DNA of 64,000 bases from an uncultured delta proteobacterium (GTDB lineage Bacteria > Myxococcota_A > UBA9160 > SZUA-336), in NCBI GenBank assembly GCA_963704165.1, contig CAVPHD010000001.1:480001-544000 (forward strand). The letters run 5' to 3'. The notes beneath the pieces are model-generated. The model ran no database searches and was not told the DNA's origin. It was given only the letters and a program-made list of their open reading frames with translations. The first letter of the stretch is position 1. Each line of letters starts with the position of its first letter. The position numbers were made by a program, and so were the translations under genes. Below, piece by piece: positions 41,270-53,594 of this stretch.

Positions 41270-42670
41270 ATGGCCGAATCCAAGAGCTCCAAGACCTGGG
41301 GCGGGCGTTTTGCGAAGCCCACGGATCCGCGCATGGAGCGCTTCTCGGCGTCCGTGCACGTGGACGGGCGGCTTTGGGCGCAGGACGTGCGCGGAAGCGT
41401 CGCGCACGCGCGCATGCTCGCCAGCCAGGGAATCATCAGCAGCGCCGAAGGCGAGCAGCTCGTGAAGGGCCTCGAGCAGATCGCGCTCGAGTTCGAGGCC
41501 GGAACGCTGACGCTCGACCCGGTGCTCGAAGACGTCCACACGAACATCGAGCGGCGGCTCGGCGAGCTCGTCGGACCCCTCGCGGGCAAGCTGCACACGG
41601 GGCGCAGCCGCAATGACCAGATCGCGCTCGACCTCTTGCTCTGGATGCGCGAGCAGATCGGCGTCGTGCTCGGCGCGCTGGCCGGGCTGCGCGGGATTCT
41701 GGTGGAGCGGGCCAGCCGCGAGGTCGACGTCGTTCTGCCCGGCTACACGCATCTGCAACGGGCACAGCCGGTGCGGCTCGCACACCACTGGCTCGCACAC
41801 TACGAGGCTCTGACGCGCGACGCGGGCCGGCTCCGCGACGCGCGCGCGCGCATGTCGCGCTCGCCGCTCGGCGCGGGAGCGCTCGCCGGCAGCACGTTGC
41901 CCATCGACCGCGAGAGCACGGCGCTCGAGCTCGGATTCGACGCGCCGACCCGCAATACGCTCGACTCCGTTTCGGCGCGCGACGCCGCGCTCGAGCTTCT
42001 CGCCGCGCTCGCCATCACGATGGTCCACCTCTCGCGCTTGTGCGAGGAGCTCGTGCTCTGGAGCTCGGCCGAGTTCGGCTTCGTCGAACTCGACGACGCC
42101 TTCTCGACCGGCTCGAGCCTGATGCCGCAGAAGAAGAACCCCGACGCCGCCGAGCTCGTGCGCGGTAAATCCGGTCGGGTGATCGGCGACCTGGTGAGTC
42201 TGCTCGTGACGATGAAGGGCCTGCCGCTCTCGTACAATCGCGACATGCAGGAGGACAAGGAGCCGGTGATCGACGCCGTCGATACCACCCGCACCTGCCT
42301 CGAGGTGCTGACGGCGGTCCTTGGCAGTCTGCGAGTGAACGCCGCGATCATGGAACGCGCCGCGAGCGATCCGATGCTGATCGCGACCGACCTCGCCGAT
42401 CATCTGGTGCTCTCCGGCGTACCGTTTCGCGAGGCGCACGGAATCGTCAGCAGCGTGGTCGCGCACGCCATTGCCTCGGGCGTGCCGCTCTCGGCGCTCT
42501 CGCGCACGACGCTGCACTCGTTCCATCCCGCGCTCGACATCGAACCCGCGGAGTTCTTCCGCGTCGAGCGCTCACTCGAAGCGCGCCACGAGCCTGGCGC
42601 ACCGTCCCGTGCTCGCGTCCTCGAGGCGATCGCCGCGTCGCGCGCAGAGCTGGCGGCGGAAACGACATGA
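41270..42670 (+). CDS. argH: Argininosuccinate lyase
   Basis: TWGGRF, LHTGRSRNDQ, GYTHLQRAQP, GSSLMPQKKNPD, YNRDMQEDKE. Confidence 0.97.
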   Translation: MAESKSSKTWGGRFAKPTDPRMERFSASVHVDGRLWAQDVRGSVAHARMLASQGIISSAEGEQLVKGLEQIALEFEAGTLTLDPVLEDVHTNIERRLGELVGPLAGKLHTGRSRNDQIALDLLLWMREQIGVVLGALAGLRGILVERASREVDVVLPGYTHLQRAQPVRLAHHWLAHYEALTRDAGRLRDARARMSRSPLGAGALAGSTLPIDRESTALELGFDAPTRNTLDSVSARDAALELLAALAITMVHLSRLCEELVLWSSAEFGFVELDDAFSTGSSLMPQKKNPDAAELVRGKSGRVIGDLVSLLVTMKGLPLSYNRDMQEDKEPVIDAVDTTRTCLEVLTAVLGSLRVNAAIMERAASDPMLIATDLADHLVLSGVPFREAHGIVSSVVAHAIASGVPLSALSRTTLHSFHPALDIEPAEFFRVERSLEARHEPGAPSRARVLEAIAASRAELAAETT

Positions 42671-42858
42671 TCCGCGCCTGCGTCATCACGCTCGCACTCG
42701 TTGCCGTCGCCGCGTGCGGCAGGTACGGCCCGCCGGTGCGCGAGTCCGGCGCGAGCCGGGCGGAGAAGGCCGCCGTGTCCTCGGCTCCCGCGGAAGCCGA
42801 CACCGAGGCGTGTCCAGATCCGAACTCGCCCGCGCCGGGCACCCGGACGACCCCGTGA
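42667..42858 (+). CDS. Small lipoprotein, LptM/YifL-like
   Basis: Lipobox VAAC followed by GRYGPP (compare CGxKGPL). Overlaps the argH stop and dapF start. Confidence 0.65.
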   Translation: MIRACVITLALVAVAACGRYGPPVRESGASRAEKAAVSSAPAEADTEACPDPNSPAPGTRTTP

Positions 42859-43703
42859 GCGCGTCGGCGACGATCCGATTCGCGAAGATGCACGGAGCCG
42901 GGAACGACCTGATCGTCATCGATTGCCTCGCGGGCGATCCGGTCTCCGACTGGGCGAGCTTCGCGCGCTTCGCACTCGACCGCCGGCTCGGGATCGGTGG
43001 CGACCAGCTTCTGCTCGTCCGGCCGTCCCGTGACGCGGACTTCGCGATGGCGATCCGCAACGCGGACGGAAGCCAGGCCGAGATGTGCGCGAACGGGATC
43101 CGCGCGTTCGCGAAGTACGTGCGCGACCGGGGTCTCACCACGAAGGATGCGATTCGCGTCGAGACGCTCGCGGGGATCGTCACGCCGCGCTGGCTCGGCG
43201 ACGATCAGGTCGAGGTCGAAATGACCCGGCCCGTGCTCGAGCCGACGAAGATCCCGACGCTCCTGCGCGGCGATGCGCCCTTGATCGATGTTCCGCTCGA
43301 GGTCGGTGGCGAAGAGCTGCGGGTCTGCGCCGTGGGAATGGGCAATCCCCACTGCGTGGTCTTCGTCGACGATCCGGAGTCGTTCCCGGTCGAGCGGCTC
43401 GGCAAGCTGATCGAGCACCATCCGGCATTCCCCGAACGCGTGAACGTGGAGTTCGTCGGCGTGCGCTCGCGAACCGAGTTGGTGCAGCGCACCTGGGAGC
43501 GCGGGTCCGGCGAGACGCTTGCGTGTGGCAGCGGGGCGTGCGCGGTCGGTGTCGCGGCGGTGCTCTCGGGCCGTGCGGAGCGCGACGTACGGATCGAATT
43601 GCGCGGCGGGGTCTTGCGCATTCGGTGGCCCGAGGACGACGGTCCGGTGTTCATGACGGGCCCGGCGGCCCACGTCTTCGACGGAGAACTCAGATGGCCT
43701 TGA
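42855..43703 (+). CDS. dapF: Diaminopimelate epimerase
   Basis: FAKMHGAGND, GIGGDQ, NADGSQAEMCANG, MGNPH, ERGSGETLACGSG. Confidence 0.96.
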   Translation: MSASATIRFAKMHGAGNDLIVIDCLAGDPVSDWASFARFALDRRLGIGGDQLLLVRPSRDADFAMAIRNADGSQAEMCANGIRAFAKYVRDRGLTTKDAIRVETLAGIVTPRWLGDDQVEVEMTRPVLEPTKIPTLLRGDAPLIDVPLEVGGEELRVCAVGMGNPHCVVFVDDPESFPVERLGKLIEHHPAFPERVNVEFVGVRSRTELVQRTWERGSGETLACGSGACAVGVAAVLSGRAERDVRIELRGGVLRIRWPEDDGPVFMTGPAAHVFDGELRWP

Positions 43704-44581
43704 ATCTGTCCGGAGCGTTCACGGCGCTCGTCACGCCGTTTCACGCCGACGGCTCGCTCGACCTCGACGCGCTCGCGCGTTTCGTCGAGTGGCAGATCGA
43801 GGGCGGCGTCTCGGGTCTGGTTCCCTGCGGCAGCACCGGCGAGTCGGCCACGCTGACGCCCGAGGAGCACATGCGCGTGGTTCGGCACGTCGTCGAGGTC
43901 GCCGCGAAGCGCGTGCCGGTCATCGCGGGCACGGGCTCGAACTCGACGCGCGAGGCGATCGAGCTCACGTCGGCAGCGCGGAGCGCCGGCGCCGACGCGG
44001 CGCTCCTGATCTCGCCCTACTACAACAAGCCCACGCAAGAGGGCATCTACCAGCACTACCGAATGGTGGCCATCGAGAGCGGGCTTCCGATCGTCCTCTA
44101 CAACATCCCCGGGCGAACCGCGTCGCGGATCGATCCCGAGACCACGGCGCGGCTTTCGCGCGTCCCGGGCGTCGTCGGACTGAAGGAGTGCGGTGGCGAC
44201 TTCGCCGCGACGGCCGAGACGATCCAAGCGGTCGCGCCGGGCTTCTCCGTGGTCTCCGGCGACGACCCGCTGACGCTGCCGCTGCTCGCGATCGGTGCGC
44301 GCGGAGTGATCTCGACGGTCGCGAACGTCGCGCCGCGAGAGGTCTGTGAACTCGTGCGCTCGTTCGACTCCGGTGACATCGCGAGCGCGCGAAGGCTGCA
44401 CTACGAGCTGCTCTCGCTCACGCTCGCGCTCTTCGTCGAGACGAATCCGATCCCGGTGAAGACGGCACTCGCGATTCTGGGACGGATTCCTACCGCGACG
44501 CTGCGTCTGCCGCTGACGGCGATGGCCAAGAAGAACCGTGATCGCCTCGAAGCCGCGCTCGCCGAGCTGCCTCGCGCATGA
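43694..44581 (+). CDS. dapA: 4-hydroxy-tetrahydrodipicolinate synthase
   Basis: TALVTPF, GSTGE, PYYNKP, LYNIPGRT, GLKE, SGDD, ETNPIPVK. Confidence 0.96.
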   Translation: MALNLSGAFTALVTPFHADGSLDLDALARFVEWQIEGGVSGLVPCGSTGESATLTPEEHMRVVRHVVEVAAKRVPVIAGTGSNSTREAIELTSAARSAGADAALLISPYYNKPTQEGIYQHYRMVAIESGLPIVLYNIPGRTASRIDPETTARLSRVPGVVGLKECGGDFAATAETIQAVAPGFSVVSGDDPLTLPLLAIGARGVISTVANVAPREVCELVRSFDSGDIASARRLHYELLSLTLALFVETNPIPVKTALAILGRIPTATLRLPLTAMAKKNRDRLEAALAELPRA

Positions 44582-45357
44582 TTCGGGTACTCGTCGTCGG
44601 TGCGGGCGGGCGCATGGGCGCAGCTCTTCAGCGCTTGATCGGCGCGTCGGATGATCTCGTGATCGGCGCAGCGCTCGAACACGCGTCGAGCCCGTCGCTC
44701 GGCCGAGAGGTCTCGCACGGCGTGAAGATCGGCGCCGACGTCCGGGCCGCCTGTGCGGTCGCGGACGTCGCGGTCGATTTCTCCTCGCCCGAATCGACCC
44801 TCGCGCTCGTCGAGGCCGCGGAAGCGCGTGGTCTGCCCCTCGTGATCGGAACGACGGGACTCGACGCCGCGGGAGAGAGGCGCATCGCGCAGGCCTCTTC
44901 GCGTTCGGGAATCGTGCGGGCGGCGAACTTCTCGATCGGCGTCACGGTTCTGCTCGATCTCGTCGCCGAGGCCGCGCGCCAGCTCGAAGGCTACGAGATC
45001 GACCTGCTCGAGATGCACCACGACCAGAAGCAGGATGCGCCGAGCGGAACGGCTCTCGCTCTTGCGCGCGAGGTGGCGGCTGCGCGCGGCCAGACGCTGG
45101 AACACTCGGTCGTGTACGCCCGTCAGGGGCGGACCGGCGTACGCGATCCGAAGAGCATCGGGATGCAGACGCTTCGGCTCGGCGACAGCGTCGGCGAGCA
45201 CACGGTGTACTTCGCCGGACCCGGCGAACGGATCGAGCTGTCCCACCGCGCGCTCTCGCGCGAGAACTTCGCTGCCGGCGCTCTGCGCGCCGCGCGCTGG
45301 CTGATCGGCCGGGCGCCCGGTCTGTACACGATGCGCGACGTGCTCCGACCCTCGTGA
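44578..45357 (+). CDS. dapB: 4-hydroxy-tetrahydrodipicolinate reductase
   Basis: GAGGRMG, IGTTG, ANFSIG, EMHHDQKQDAPSGTA, VGEHTV. Confidence 0.96.
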   Translation: MIRVLVVGAGGRMGAALQRLIGASDDLVIGAALEHASSPSLGREVSHGVKIGADVRAACAVADVAVDFSSPESTLALVEAAEARGLPLVIGTTGLDAAGERRIAQASSRSGIVRAANFSIGVTVLLDLVAEAARQLEGYEIDLLEMHHDQKQDAPSGTALALAREVAAARGQTLEHSVVYARQGRTGVRDPKSIGMQTLRLGDSVGEHTVYFAGPGERIELSHRALSRENFAAGALRAARWLIGRAPGLYTMRDVLRPS

Positions 45358-46985
45358 TCCGGATCGATTCGGTCTCGAAGCGGCACGGCGCCCAGATCCT
45401 CTTCCTCGAGGCCTCGGCGGCCGTCAACCGCGGCGAGAAGATCGGGCTGGTCGGTCCGAACGGCGCCGGCAAGACGACGATCTTCCGGCTGATCACCCGC
45501 GAGGAGCTTCCGGACGACGGACAGGTCGCGATCGATCGCGGCCTCACGATCGGGTACTTCAGCCAGGACGTCGGCGAGATGAAGGGCATGAGCGTGCTCG
45601 AGGCCACGCTCGACGGCGCGGGTCCGGTTTCCGCGGCCGCCCACGCGCTGCACGAGCTCGAGCACGCGCTCGCCGACCCCGAGCGTTCAGACGAGATGGA
45701 ATCGCTGATCGAGCGCTTCGGCGAGGCGCAATCCCGCTTCGAATCCCTGGGCGGCTACGGCCTCGAGGCGCGCGCGCGAACCGTGCTCGCTGGGCTCGGC
45801 TTCGGTTCGCAACAGGTGGATGGCGACGTCGGTGCGCTCTCGGGAGGCTGGAAGATGCGCGTCGGGCTGGCGCGCATTCTCGTGATGGAACCGGACGCGC
45901 TGCTCCTCGACGAGCCGACGAACCATCTCGATCTCGAATCGATCCTCTGGCTCGAGGGCTGGCTCGAGGCGTTCGAAGGCGCGGTCGTGATGACCTCGCA
46001 CGATCGCGAGTTCCTGAACCGCATGGTCGCAAAGATCATCGAGATCGACGGCGGCGAGCTGATCACGCATTCGGGGAACTACGACTTCTACGAGCGCCAG
46101 CGCGCGCTCGCCGAACGCGGGCAAGCAGCCCAGTACGCGCGCCAGCAAGCGATGCTCGCCAAGGAAGAGGCCTTCATCGCGCGCTTCAAGGCGCGCGCCA
46201 GTCACGCGTCGCAGGTGCAGTCTCGCGTGAAGAAGCTCGAGAAGATCGAGAAGGTATCGGCGCCCAAACGCCGCGAGACACTCGAATTCTCGTTCTCGCC
46301 GTCGCCGCGGTCGGGCGACGACGTCGCGAGGCTCTCGGGTATCCGCAAGGCGTATGGGGAGCGCGTCGTCTTCGACGGCTTCGACCTCTTGATCCGCCGC
46401 GGTGAACGTTGGTGCGTGATGGGCGCGAATGGCGCGGGCAAATCGACGCTGCTCGAGATCGTCGCGGGCGCTCGCGCTCCCGACCTCGGTTCCGCGGTTC
46501 TCGGCGCGAGCGTGAAGCTCGGCTTCTTCGCGCAGCACTCGATGGAGCTGCTCGAGGCCGACGAGAGCGTCTGGCAGACGCTCGAGCACGCCTTTCCCAA
46601 GGCATCGATCGGTTCGCTGCGCGCGCTCGCCGCGGGCTTCGGGTTCCCGGGAGACGACGTCGAGAAGCGCTGTCGCCTGCTCTCCGGCGGCGAGAAAGTC
46701 CGTCTCGTGATGGCGCGGATGCTCTACGATCCGCCGAACTTCCTCGTCCTCGACGAACCGACCAATCACCTCGACCTGCCGACGAAGGAGATGCTGATCA
46801 AGGCTCTCGGTGATTTCGAGGGCACGCTGCTCATGGTGTCGCACGACCGGCACTTCCTGTCGGCGCTCACGAATCGGGTCCTCGAGCTCGGCAGCGACGG
46901 TCCACGGCCGTACGGGTCGGGCTATGCCGACTACGTCGTCGCGAGCGGTCACGAGGCGCCGGGAATGCGGGCCCCTCTACCCTGA
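45354..46985 (+). CDS. ABC-F family ATPase (ribosome-associated)
   Basis: Two NBDs (GPNGAGKTT/LSGGW/LDEPTNHLD and GANGAGKST/LSGGE/LDEPTNHLD), no TM segments. Confidence 0.93.
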   Translation: MIRIDSVSKRHGAQILFLEASAAVNRGEKIGLVGPNGAGKTTIFRLITREELPDDGQVAIDRGLTIGYFSQDVGEMKGMSVLEATLDGAGPVSAAAHALHELEHALADPERSDEMESLIERFGEAQSRFESLGGYGLEARARTVLAGLGFGSQQVDGDVGALSGGWKMRVGLARILVMEPDALLLDEPTNHLDLESILWLEGWLEAFEGAVVMTSHDREFLNRMVAKIIEIDGGELITHSGNYDFYERQRALAERGQAAQYARQQAMLAKEEAFIARFKARASHASQVQSRVKKLEKIEKVSAPKRRETLEFSFSPSPRSGDDVARLSGIRKAYGERVVFDGFDLLIRRGERWCVMGANGAGKSTLLEIVAGARAPDLGSAVLGASVKLGFFAQHSMELLEADESVWQTLEHAFPKASIGSLRALAAGFGFPGDDVEKRCRLLSGGEKVRLVMARMLYDPPNFLVLDEPTNHLDLPTKEMLIKALGDFEGTLLMVSHDRHFLSALTNRVLELGSDGPRPYGSGYADYVVASGHEAPGMRAPLP

Positions 46986-47006
46986 CTCACACCGTCAGCG
47001 ATCGCA

Positions 47007-49084
47007 GTGCACTCGAAGCCGCTCTTGCTTCGATCTCCAGTTTCGCGACGAAACGCCGACGCGAGATCGATGCCGACCGGTCGATCGACAGAGCCGAAGT
47101 GGCGAACGAGCCTCGCCACGCTCACGGCCTACAGCCGGGCGCTCGACTACCACGCTTTGATCACGGTCACGGATCTGCGGGGACGGATCACACATGCAAA
47201 CGATCTGGCGTGCCGGATCAGCGGGTACGAGCGGGCGGAGCTGATCGGGAACGACCATCGCATCTTGAACTCCGGCCGGCACCCGAAGCTCTTCTGGTCG
47301 GAGATGTGGGCGACGATCGTCCGAGGCGAGACGTGGCGGGGTGAGGTCTGCAACAAGGCGAAGGACGGCTCGCTCTACTGGGTGGACACGACGATCGGTC
47401 CCGTGCGCGGTGCCGACGAGAGCATCGCCGGATACATCTCCGTCCGAATCCTGGTCACCGACCGCAAGCGCGCCGAGAAGGCTCTGGCCGAGAGCGAGGC
47501 CAAGTTCCGAGCCCTCGCCGAGGGCACCGGCGTGATCCTCTGGGAGTACGACCTGTCCGCACACGCGCTCAGCTACGTCTCCCCCCAGGCCGCTTCGCTG
47601 GGGTATCCGCTCGATCGCCACTTCGAGCCGGGCTTCTGGGAGTCGGTCGTCCACCCGGACGACCGCGAGCAGATGATGGCGTCCCGTCGAGCGCTGATTC
47701 AGGAGCAGACCGATCTTCGAATGCAGTACCGGATCGTCTGGGCCGACGGCTCCGTCCACTGGTTGGACGACGCCGTGTCGGTGACCGTCGTGGGGGGCAA
47801 GGTGACTACACTTCGGGGTGTCATCATGGACATCACCGAATCGCGACAGCAGAGAGAGGAGCTCGCGCGAGCGCGCGACGCGGCAGAGGCGGCCAGCCGC
47901 TCCAAGACCGAGTTCCTCGCGAACATGAGCCACGAGATCCGCACGCCGATGACGGCGATCCTCGGCTATGCGGATCTGCTCCGTGACGAAGGTGAAGTGG
48001 GCCGGTCGTCGGCACTGCGGCTCGAGATCATCGAAACGATCAGCCGCGCCGGCCAGCACCTGATGAGCATCCTCGACGACATCCTCGATCTGTCCAAGAT
48101 CGAGGCGAACAAGGTCGCGACTGAGAATATCGAGACGCCGCTCGCGCAACTCCTCGTGGACGTGAAGAGCCTCGTGCAGCAACGGGCGGTCGAGAAGGGC
48201 GTGACGGTGAACCTCCGCCTCGAGCCCGCACTTCCGGAGCGAGTTCTCTCCGACCCGACCCGACTGCGGCAGATCTTGATCAATCTCTCTGGCAACGCGG
48301 TGAAATTCACCGAGAGCGGGTCCGTGACGATCGCCGCCCGCGCCGAAGACCGCGACGGCCAATCCCGCCTGATCATCGACGTCGAGGACACGGGTCGCGG
48401 TCTGACACCTCCCGAAGCGGAGCGGCTCTTCAACGCATTCGCGCAGGCCGACGGGACGATGACGCGAAAGTTCGGAGGCACGGGTCTGGGTCTGACGATC
48501 AGCCGCCGACTTGCGCGGCTGATGGGCGGCGATCTCTCGCTCGCCTGGAGCGAGCCGGGGCGAGGTTCGTGTTTCCGCCTCGATCTACCGCTGGAGCCCG
48601 TCCCCGGTGCGGGAGATCCGAGACGTCTCGAAGGCGAGCGCAGGCCACCGACGTCCGCAGCCAACCCGACGCCGATCTCGCTCTCGGGCCGAATCCTGGT
48701 CGCCGAGGACGGCGCGGACAACCGACGTCTGCTCGCGTTCCACCTCGAGAAAGCCGGAGCGCGCGTGGACCTCGCCGAGGATGGCGTGCAAGCGCTCGAG
48801 ATGCTGATCGAAGCCGAAATCGCCGGCGCGCCGTACGACCTGCTGCTCAGTGACATGCAGATGCCCGAGATGGACGGATTCACTTTGGTCCGCACGCTGC
48901 GCGGCCGGGGATCGACGCTGGCCGTCGTCGCCGTGACGGCCCACGCACTCTCCGAAGACCGGGAAGAGTGCATGTCCGCCGGCTGCGACGACTACACCGC
49001 CAAGCCCATCGACCGAGCGGCTCTGCTCGAGAAATGCGCCAGGTGGATCGGCAGGAAGAGCGCGAAAGCGCTCGTTCCGCCGTC

Positions 49085-49100
<16 letters not shown>
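47007..49100 (+). CDS. PAS-PAS hybrid sensor histidine kinase/response regulator
   Basis: Two PAS/PAC domains, [31 protein letters not shown]-terminal receiver LSDMQMP..AKP. Start may be ATG 47070. Confidence 0.93.
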
Positions 49101-50514
<1,414 letters not shown>

Positions 50515-50540
50515 CTCTTCCTCTCTGACGATCCAGTTGC

Positions 50541-50904
<364 letters not shown>

Positions 50905-50910
50905 TCAATT

Positions 50911-50926
50911 AGCAAGCCTTATACCA
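50911..50926 (-). promoter_or_regulatory. Sigma-54 (-24/-12) promoter of glnB-glnA
   Basis: Minus strand TGGTATAAGGCTTGCT (GG-N10-GC), 30 nt upstream of glnB. Confidence 0.8.
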
Positions 50927-50975
50927 TACGATCCGGCGCGCTTCGCACGCCCCCGATCGATCCGCGCCGAAGGGC

Positions 50976-51013
50976 TGCGCAGGACCCGGGCAGCCTTGCC
51001 CGATTCCCACGCA
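50976..51013. promoter_or_regulatory. Tandem NtrC-like enhancer sites
   Basis: TGCGCAGGACCCGGGCA (50976-50992) and TGCCCGATTCCCACGCA (50997-51013), both TGC-N11-GCA, centres 21 bp apart, upstream of the sigma-54 promoter. Confidence 0.55.
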
Positions 51014-51033
51014 GCCGACGTTTGGAGCCTTCC

Positions 51034-52362
51034 CTAGTCGAAGATGTACGCGACGTTGATGATCCCGTAGAGGTCGCCGTCGGCGGAGCCACCTCCCTGC
51101 GGGAACACGTCATCGGTCCAATCGTCCGTGTTGTAGGTGTCGTACCGGACCTCGAAACGCGTGAGCAGGTTCGGGGTCAGCTTGTAGCCGAGCGTGCCGG
51201 TGAGCGAGTAGGCCATCGTGTCCTGACCCGGGAACATCCGGTAGCCGTCGCTGTCGCGGAAGACCTCGCCACGCACCGCGAGGCTCGTCTTCTCGTCGAA
51301 GGTGTACTGGCTGCCGACCGAGGCGCCGTACCACTGGGCGTTTCGGGTGCTGCCAACTCCCTGTGGCCCGTCGGTGAAGGACACATCCTTCTGCATGCCC
51401 CAATCCAGGTTCCACCAGAGCGTGAGCTCCTCGCACGCGGCATAGGTGGCCGTCCAGTCGATGACGGTGGCGCGGTCGGTGTTGAAGTTCACCACGTCCT
51501 GGCCGGCAAAGCCCGTGTTCCCGTCCGAGCCATAGTAGGTGGTCAGGGCGGTGCTGAACGGGCCGCTCGCGTAGTTGAGCTGCCCGAGCACGCCCTTGTT
51601 GTCGTTCGTATCGGTGGCGTTGTTCCAGCCGTTCGCGACCGCGAGCGCCCAGCCCCATTCCTCGTTGAAGCTGCTGCTCGCGACCAGACCCGTGTGCACG
51701 AGCGGGATCGCGTAGGTGAAGAGCAGGCCCTGCGTGACGTTTCGGTTCGAGACCGTGTCGATCACCTCGGAACCGAGGAGTGTCTCCCACTTGCCGAACT
51801 TCATGACCACGTCGTTCCAGTTGTACGAGGCGTACATTTCCTGGACGTAGACGAAGTTGTCGGAAGCCCATCCATCGGTGTTGAAGCGGTAGCCGCCGAG
51901 GATGCCGCCGTCGTCGCCGAACATCAGATCGATCTGGAAGCCGGCCTCGCCCGGGGACGCGGCCTCCCGCCCGATCTCGATCTTCGCCGCGTCGAGCGCG
52001 AACGTGTTGTGATCGAGGTTGAACTGGTTGACCGACTGCGAATAGCTCGGATCGTCGGGGTTGTTGTTGTTGTAGACGTACGACGCCGAGACGAACCCAC
52101 CCATGTCGACCGTGTCGAAGAACGCATCGAGCGCGCTCGGCTCGCTGCCTGCGGACACGGCAGGGGTTGCTCGACTGTTGAGCACCTCCTGCTGCGCGGC
52201 CACGGTCTGTTCGCTCGCCGCGAGCTTGTCTTCGAGCTGCGTCATGCGCTGTTCCATCGCCGCAAAGCGTGCATCCGAGGCGGCGTCCGCGAGCGCCGGA
52301 CTCGGCGAAAAGCACAACAATGCCGCGACGATCGCGGACTGGGTTCCGGTTCTTCGAGTCAT
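51034..52362 (-). CDS. Outer-membrane beta-barrel porin (BBP2-like) with N-terminal coiled coil
   Basis: Signal peptide, coiled-coil segment, alternating aromatic beta strands, GKWETLLGSEVI, FTYAIPLVHTG, C-terminal YIFD. Confidence 0.8.
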   Translation of the reverse strand: MTRRTGTQSAIVAALLCFSPSPALADAASDARFAAMEQRMTQLEDKLAASEQTVAAQQEVLNSRATPAVSAGSEPSALDAFFDTVDMGGFVSASYVYNNNNPDDPSYSQSVNQFNLDHNTFALDAAKIEIGREAASPGEAGFQIDLMFGDDGGILGGYRFNTDGWASDNFVYVQEMYASYNWNDVVMKFGKWETLLGSEVIDTVSNRNVTQGLLFTYAIPLVHTGLVASSSFNEEWGWALAVANGWNNATDTNDNKGVLGQLNYASGPFSTALTTYYGSDGNTGFAGQDVVNFNTDRATVIDWTATYAACEELTLWWNLDWGMQKDVSFTDGPQGVGSTRNAQWYGASVGSQYTFDEKTSLAVRGEVFRDSDGYRMFPGQDTMAYSLTGTLGYKLTPNLLTRFEVRYDTYNTDDWTDDVFPQGGGSADGDLYGIINVAYIFD

Positions 52363-52425
52363 CACGCTCCCTCCGATCAGCGAACCGCCGCATTGCGGCC
52401 GCGAGTGTGTCGGCGAGGGCACTTG

Positions 52426-52441
52426 TGCAACGGGCGTGCCG
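52426..52441 (-). promoter_or_regulatory. Sigma-54 promoter of the porin gene
   Basis: Minus strand CGGCACGCCCGTTGCA matches TGGCACG-N4-TTGCW except at the first base. Confidence 0.78.
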
Positions 52442-53098
52442 TCAGCGCGGAAGGATTTCGCGGAGCCGCTCGAGCGTGTGCGGAGTCCGAAGCGGCTCGA
52501 GATCGGGCACGAGCCGAAGCAGGTCTTCGAACGTGTCCACGTCGTAGTGCGCGGGCAAGAGCTCGACCCTCAGGCCGAGCGCGCGCGCCCGTGCGAGCGT
52601 CTGGCCGAGCACGTCTGAACGCGAGAGCTCGAGATCGAAGAGCGGATCGCATCCGCCGCGAAGCCCGATCAGGTTGTATCCACCGTCGCGATCGGGGCAG
52701 AGCACGATCTCGGAGTGGTCGAGCGCAGCGAACGCTTCGGACACGCGCTCGGCCGGCAGCGTCGGGCTATCGGTTCCTCTCAACACGATCCGGTCGAATC
52801 CCTCGGCTTGGTGACGGCGGAAGAGCTCTCCCATTCGCGCCGCGAGGTCGGGACCCGTCTGCGGCAGCAGCCGCCAGCCCGCGCGCGTGAAGCGCTCGAA
52901 CCATTCGCGTGCGCCGACGGGCGAGAACCAGATCGCGCGTTCGCAGTCGCGCTCGGTCGCGTGCTGTTCGACAATGTCGAGCAGCATGGCCTCGTACAGT
53001 CGCGCCGCGTTCTCGAGCGAGATCGCGGGTGCGAGGCGGGTCTTCACCTGGCCCGCAACGGGCGCCTTGGCGAAGAGCGTGAGAATCCGCCGCGACAT
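52442..53098 (-). CDS. TIGR04282/DUF2064 family glycosyltransferase-like protein
   Basis: FAKAPVAGQVKTRL, QTGPDLAARM, GTDSPTL, PDRDGGYNLIG, DVDTFEDL. Confidence 0.85.
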   Translation of the reverse strand: MSRRILTLFAKAPVAGQVKTRLAPAISLENAARLYEAMLLDIVEQHATERDCERAIWFSPVGAREWFERFTRAGWRLLPQTGPDLAARMGELFRRHQAEGFDRIVLRGTDSPTLPAERVSEAFAALDHSEIVLCPDRDGGYNLIGLRGGCDPLFDLELSRSDVLGQTLARARALGLRVELLPAHYDVDTFEDLLRLVPDLEPLRTPHTLERLREILPR

Positions 53099-53120
53099 GG
53101 GCGGATGATACGGAGGGGAT

Positions 53121-53594
53121 TTGAGAGCGTCGCTGGCTTCGATCGCTGCACTCGCGATTTCGATCGCGGTCTCCGGATGCGGACCGTCGGACGAAGAGAA
53201 GTCCTCGGCGGCCCAAGCGACCGAGGAGCGGCTCGATCAAGTGCTTCGCGATGTCGTCGATGCGATCCAGGCGAAGCAGCCGGCCTTCATCATGGACCAC
53301 GTCGCGGAGGAGTTCGTGGACGAGGGGGGTCTCGACTACTTCGGCGTCCGCTCGCTGGTCGAGGCGTACGCATTCCGCGACGAGGAGATCGGCGCACGGC
53401 TCGAGAGCGTCGAGATCACGCCGTCCGGAGAAGGCGAGCAGCACGTCGAGGCGCGCGTCGCCTTCACGGTCGGTCAGCGGATCCCGGAAGGTGCCGAGCT
53501 CCCGGCGGACGCGACGATCTATTCGTTCGAGGTCGTGTTCGAACTTCGCGCCACGCGTTGGCTGGCGGTTCGCGGCCGCTATCGGCGCGAGTAG
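53121..53594 (+). CDS. Hypothetical lipoprotein (possible NTF2-like fold)
   Basis: GGAGG RBS, TTG start, lipobox VSGC. Confidence 0.7.
   Translation: MRASLASIAALAISIAVSGCGPSDEEKSSAAQATEERLDQVLRDVVDAIQAKQPAFIMDHVAEEFVDEGGLDYFGVRSLVEAYAFRDEEIGARLESVEITPSGEGEQHVEARVAFTVGQRIPEGAELPADATIYSFEVVFELRATRWLAVRGRYRRE

Noticed and set aside
52442..53098. Arsenosugar biosynthesis cluster
   Set aside because: Only the lone TIGR04282-like gene is present, with no radical SAM, methyltransferase or partner glycosyltransferase nearby.
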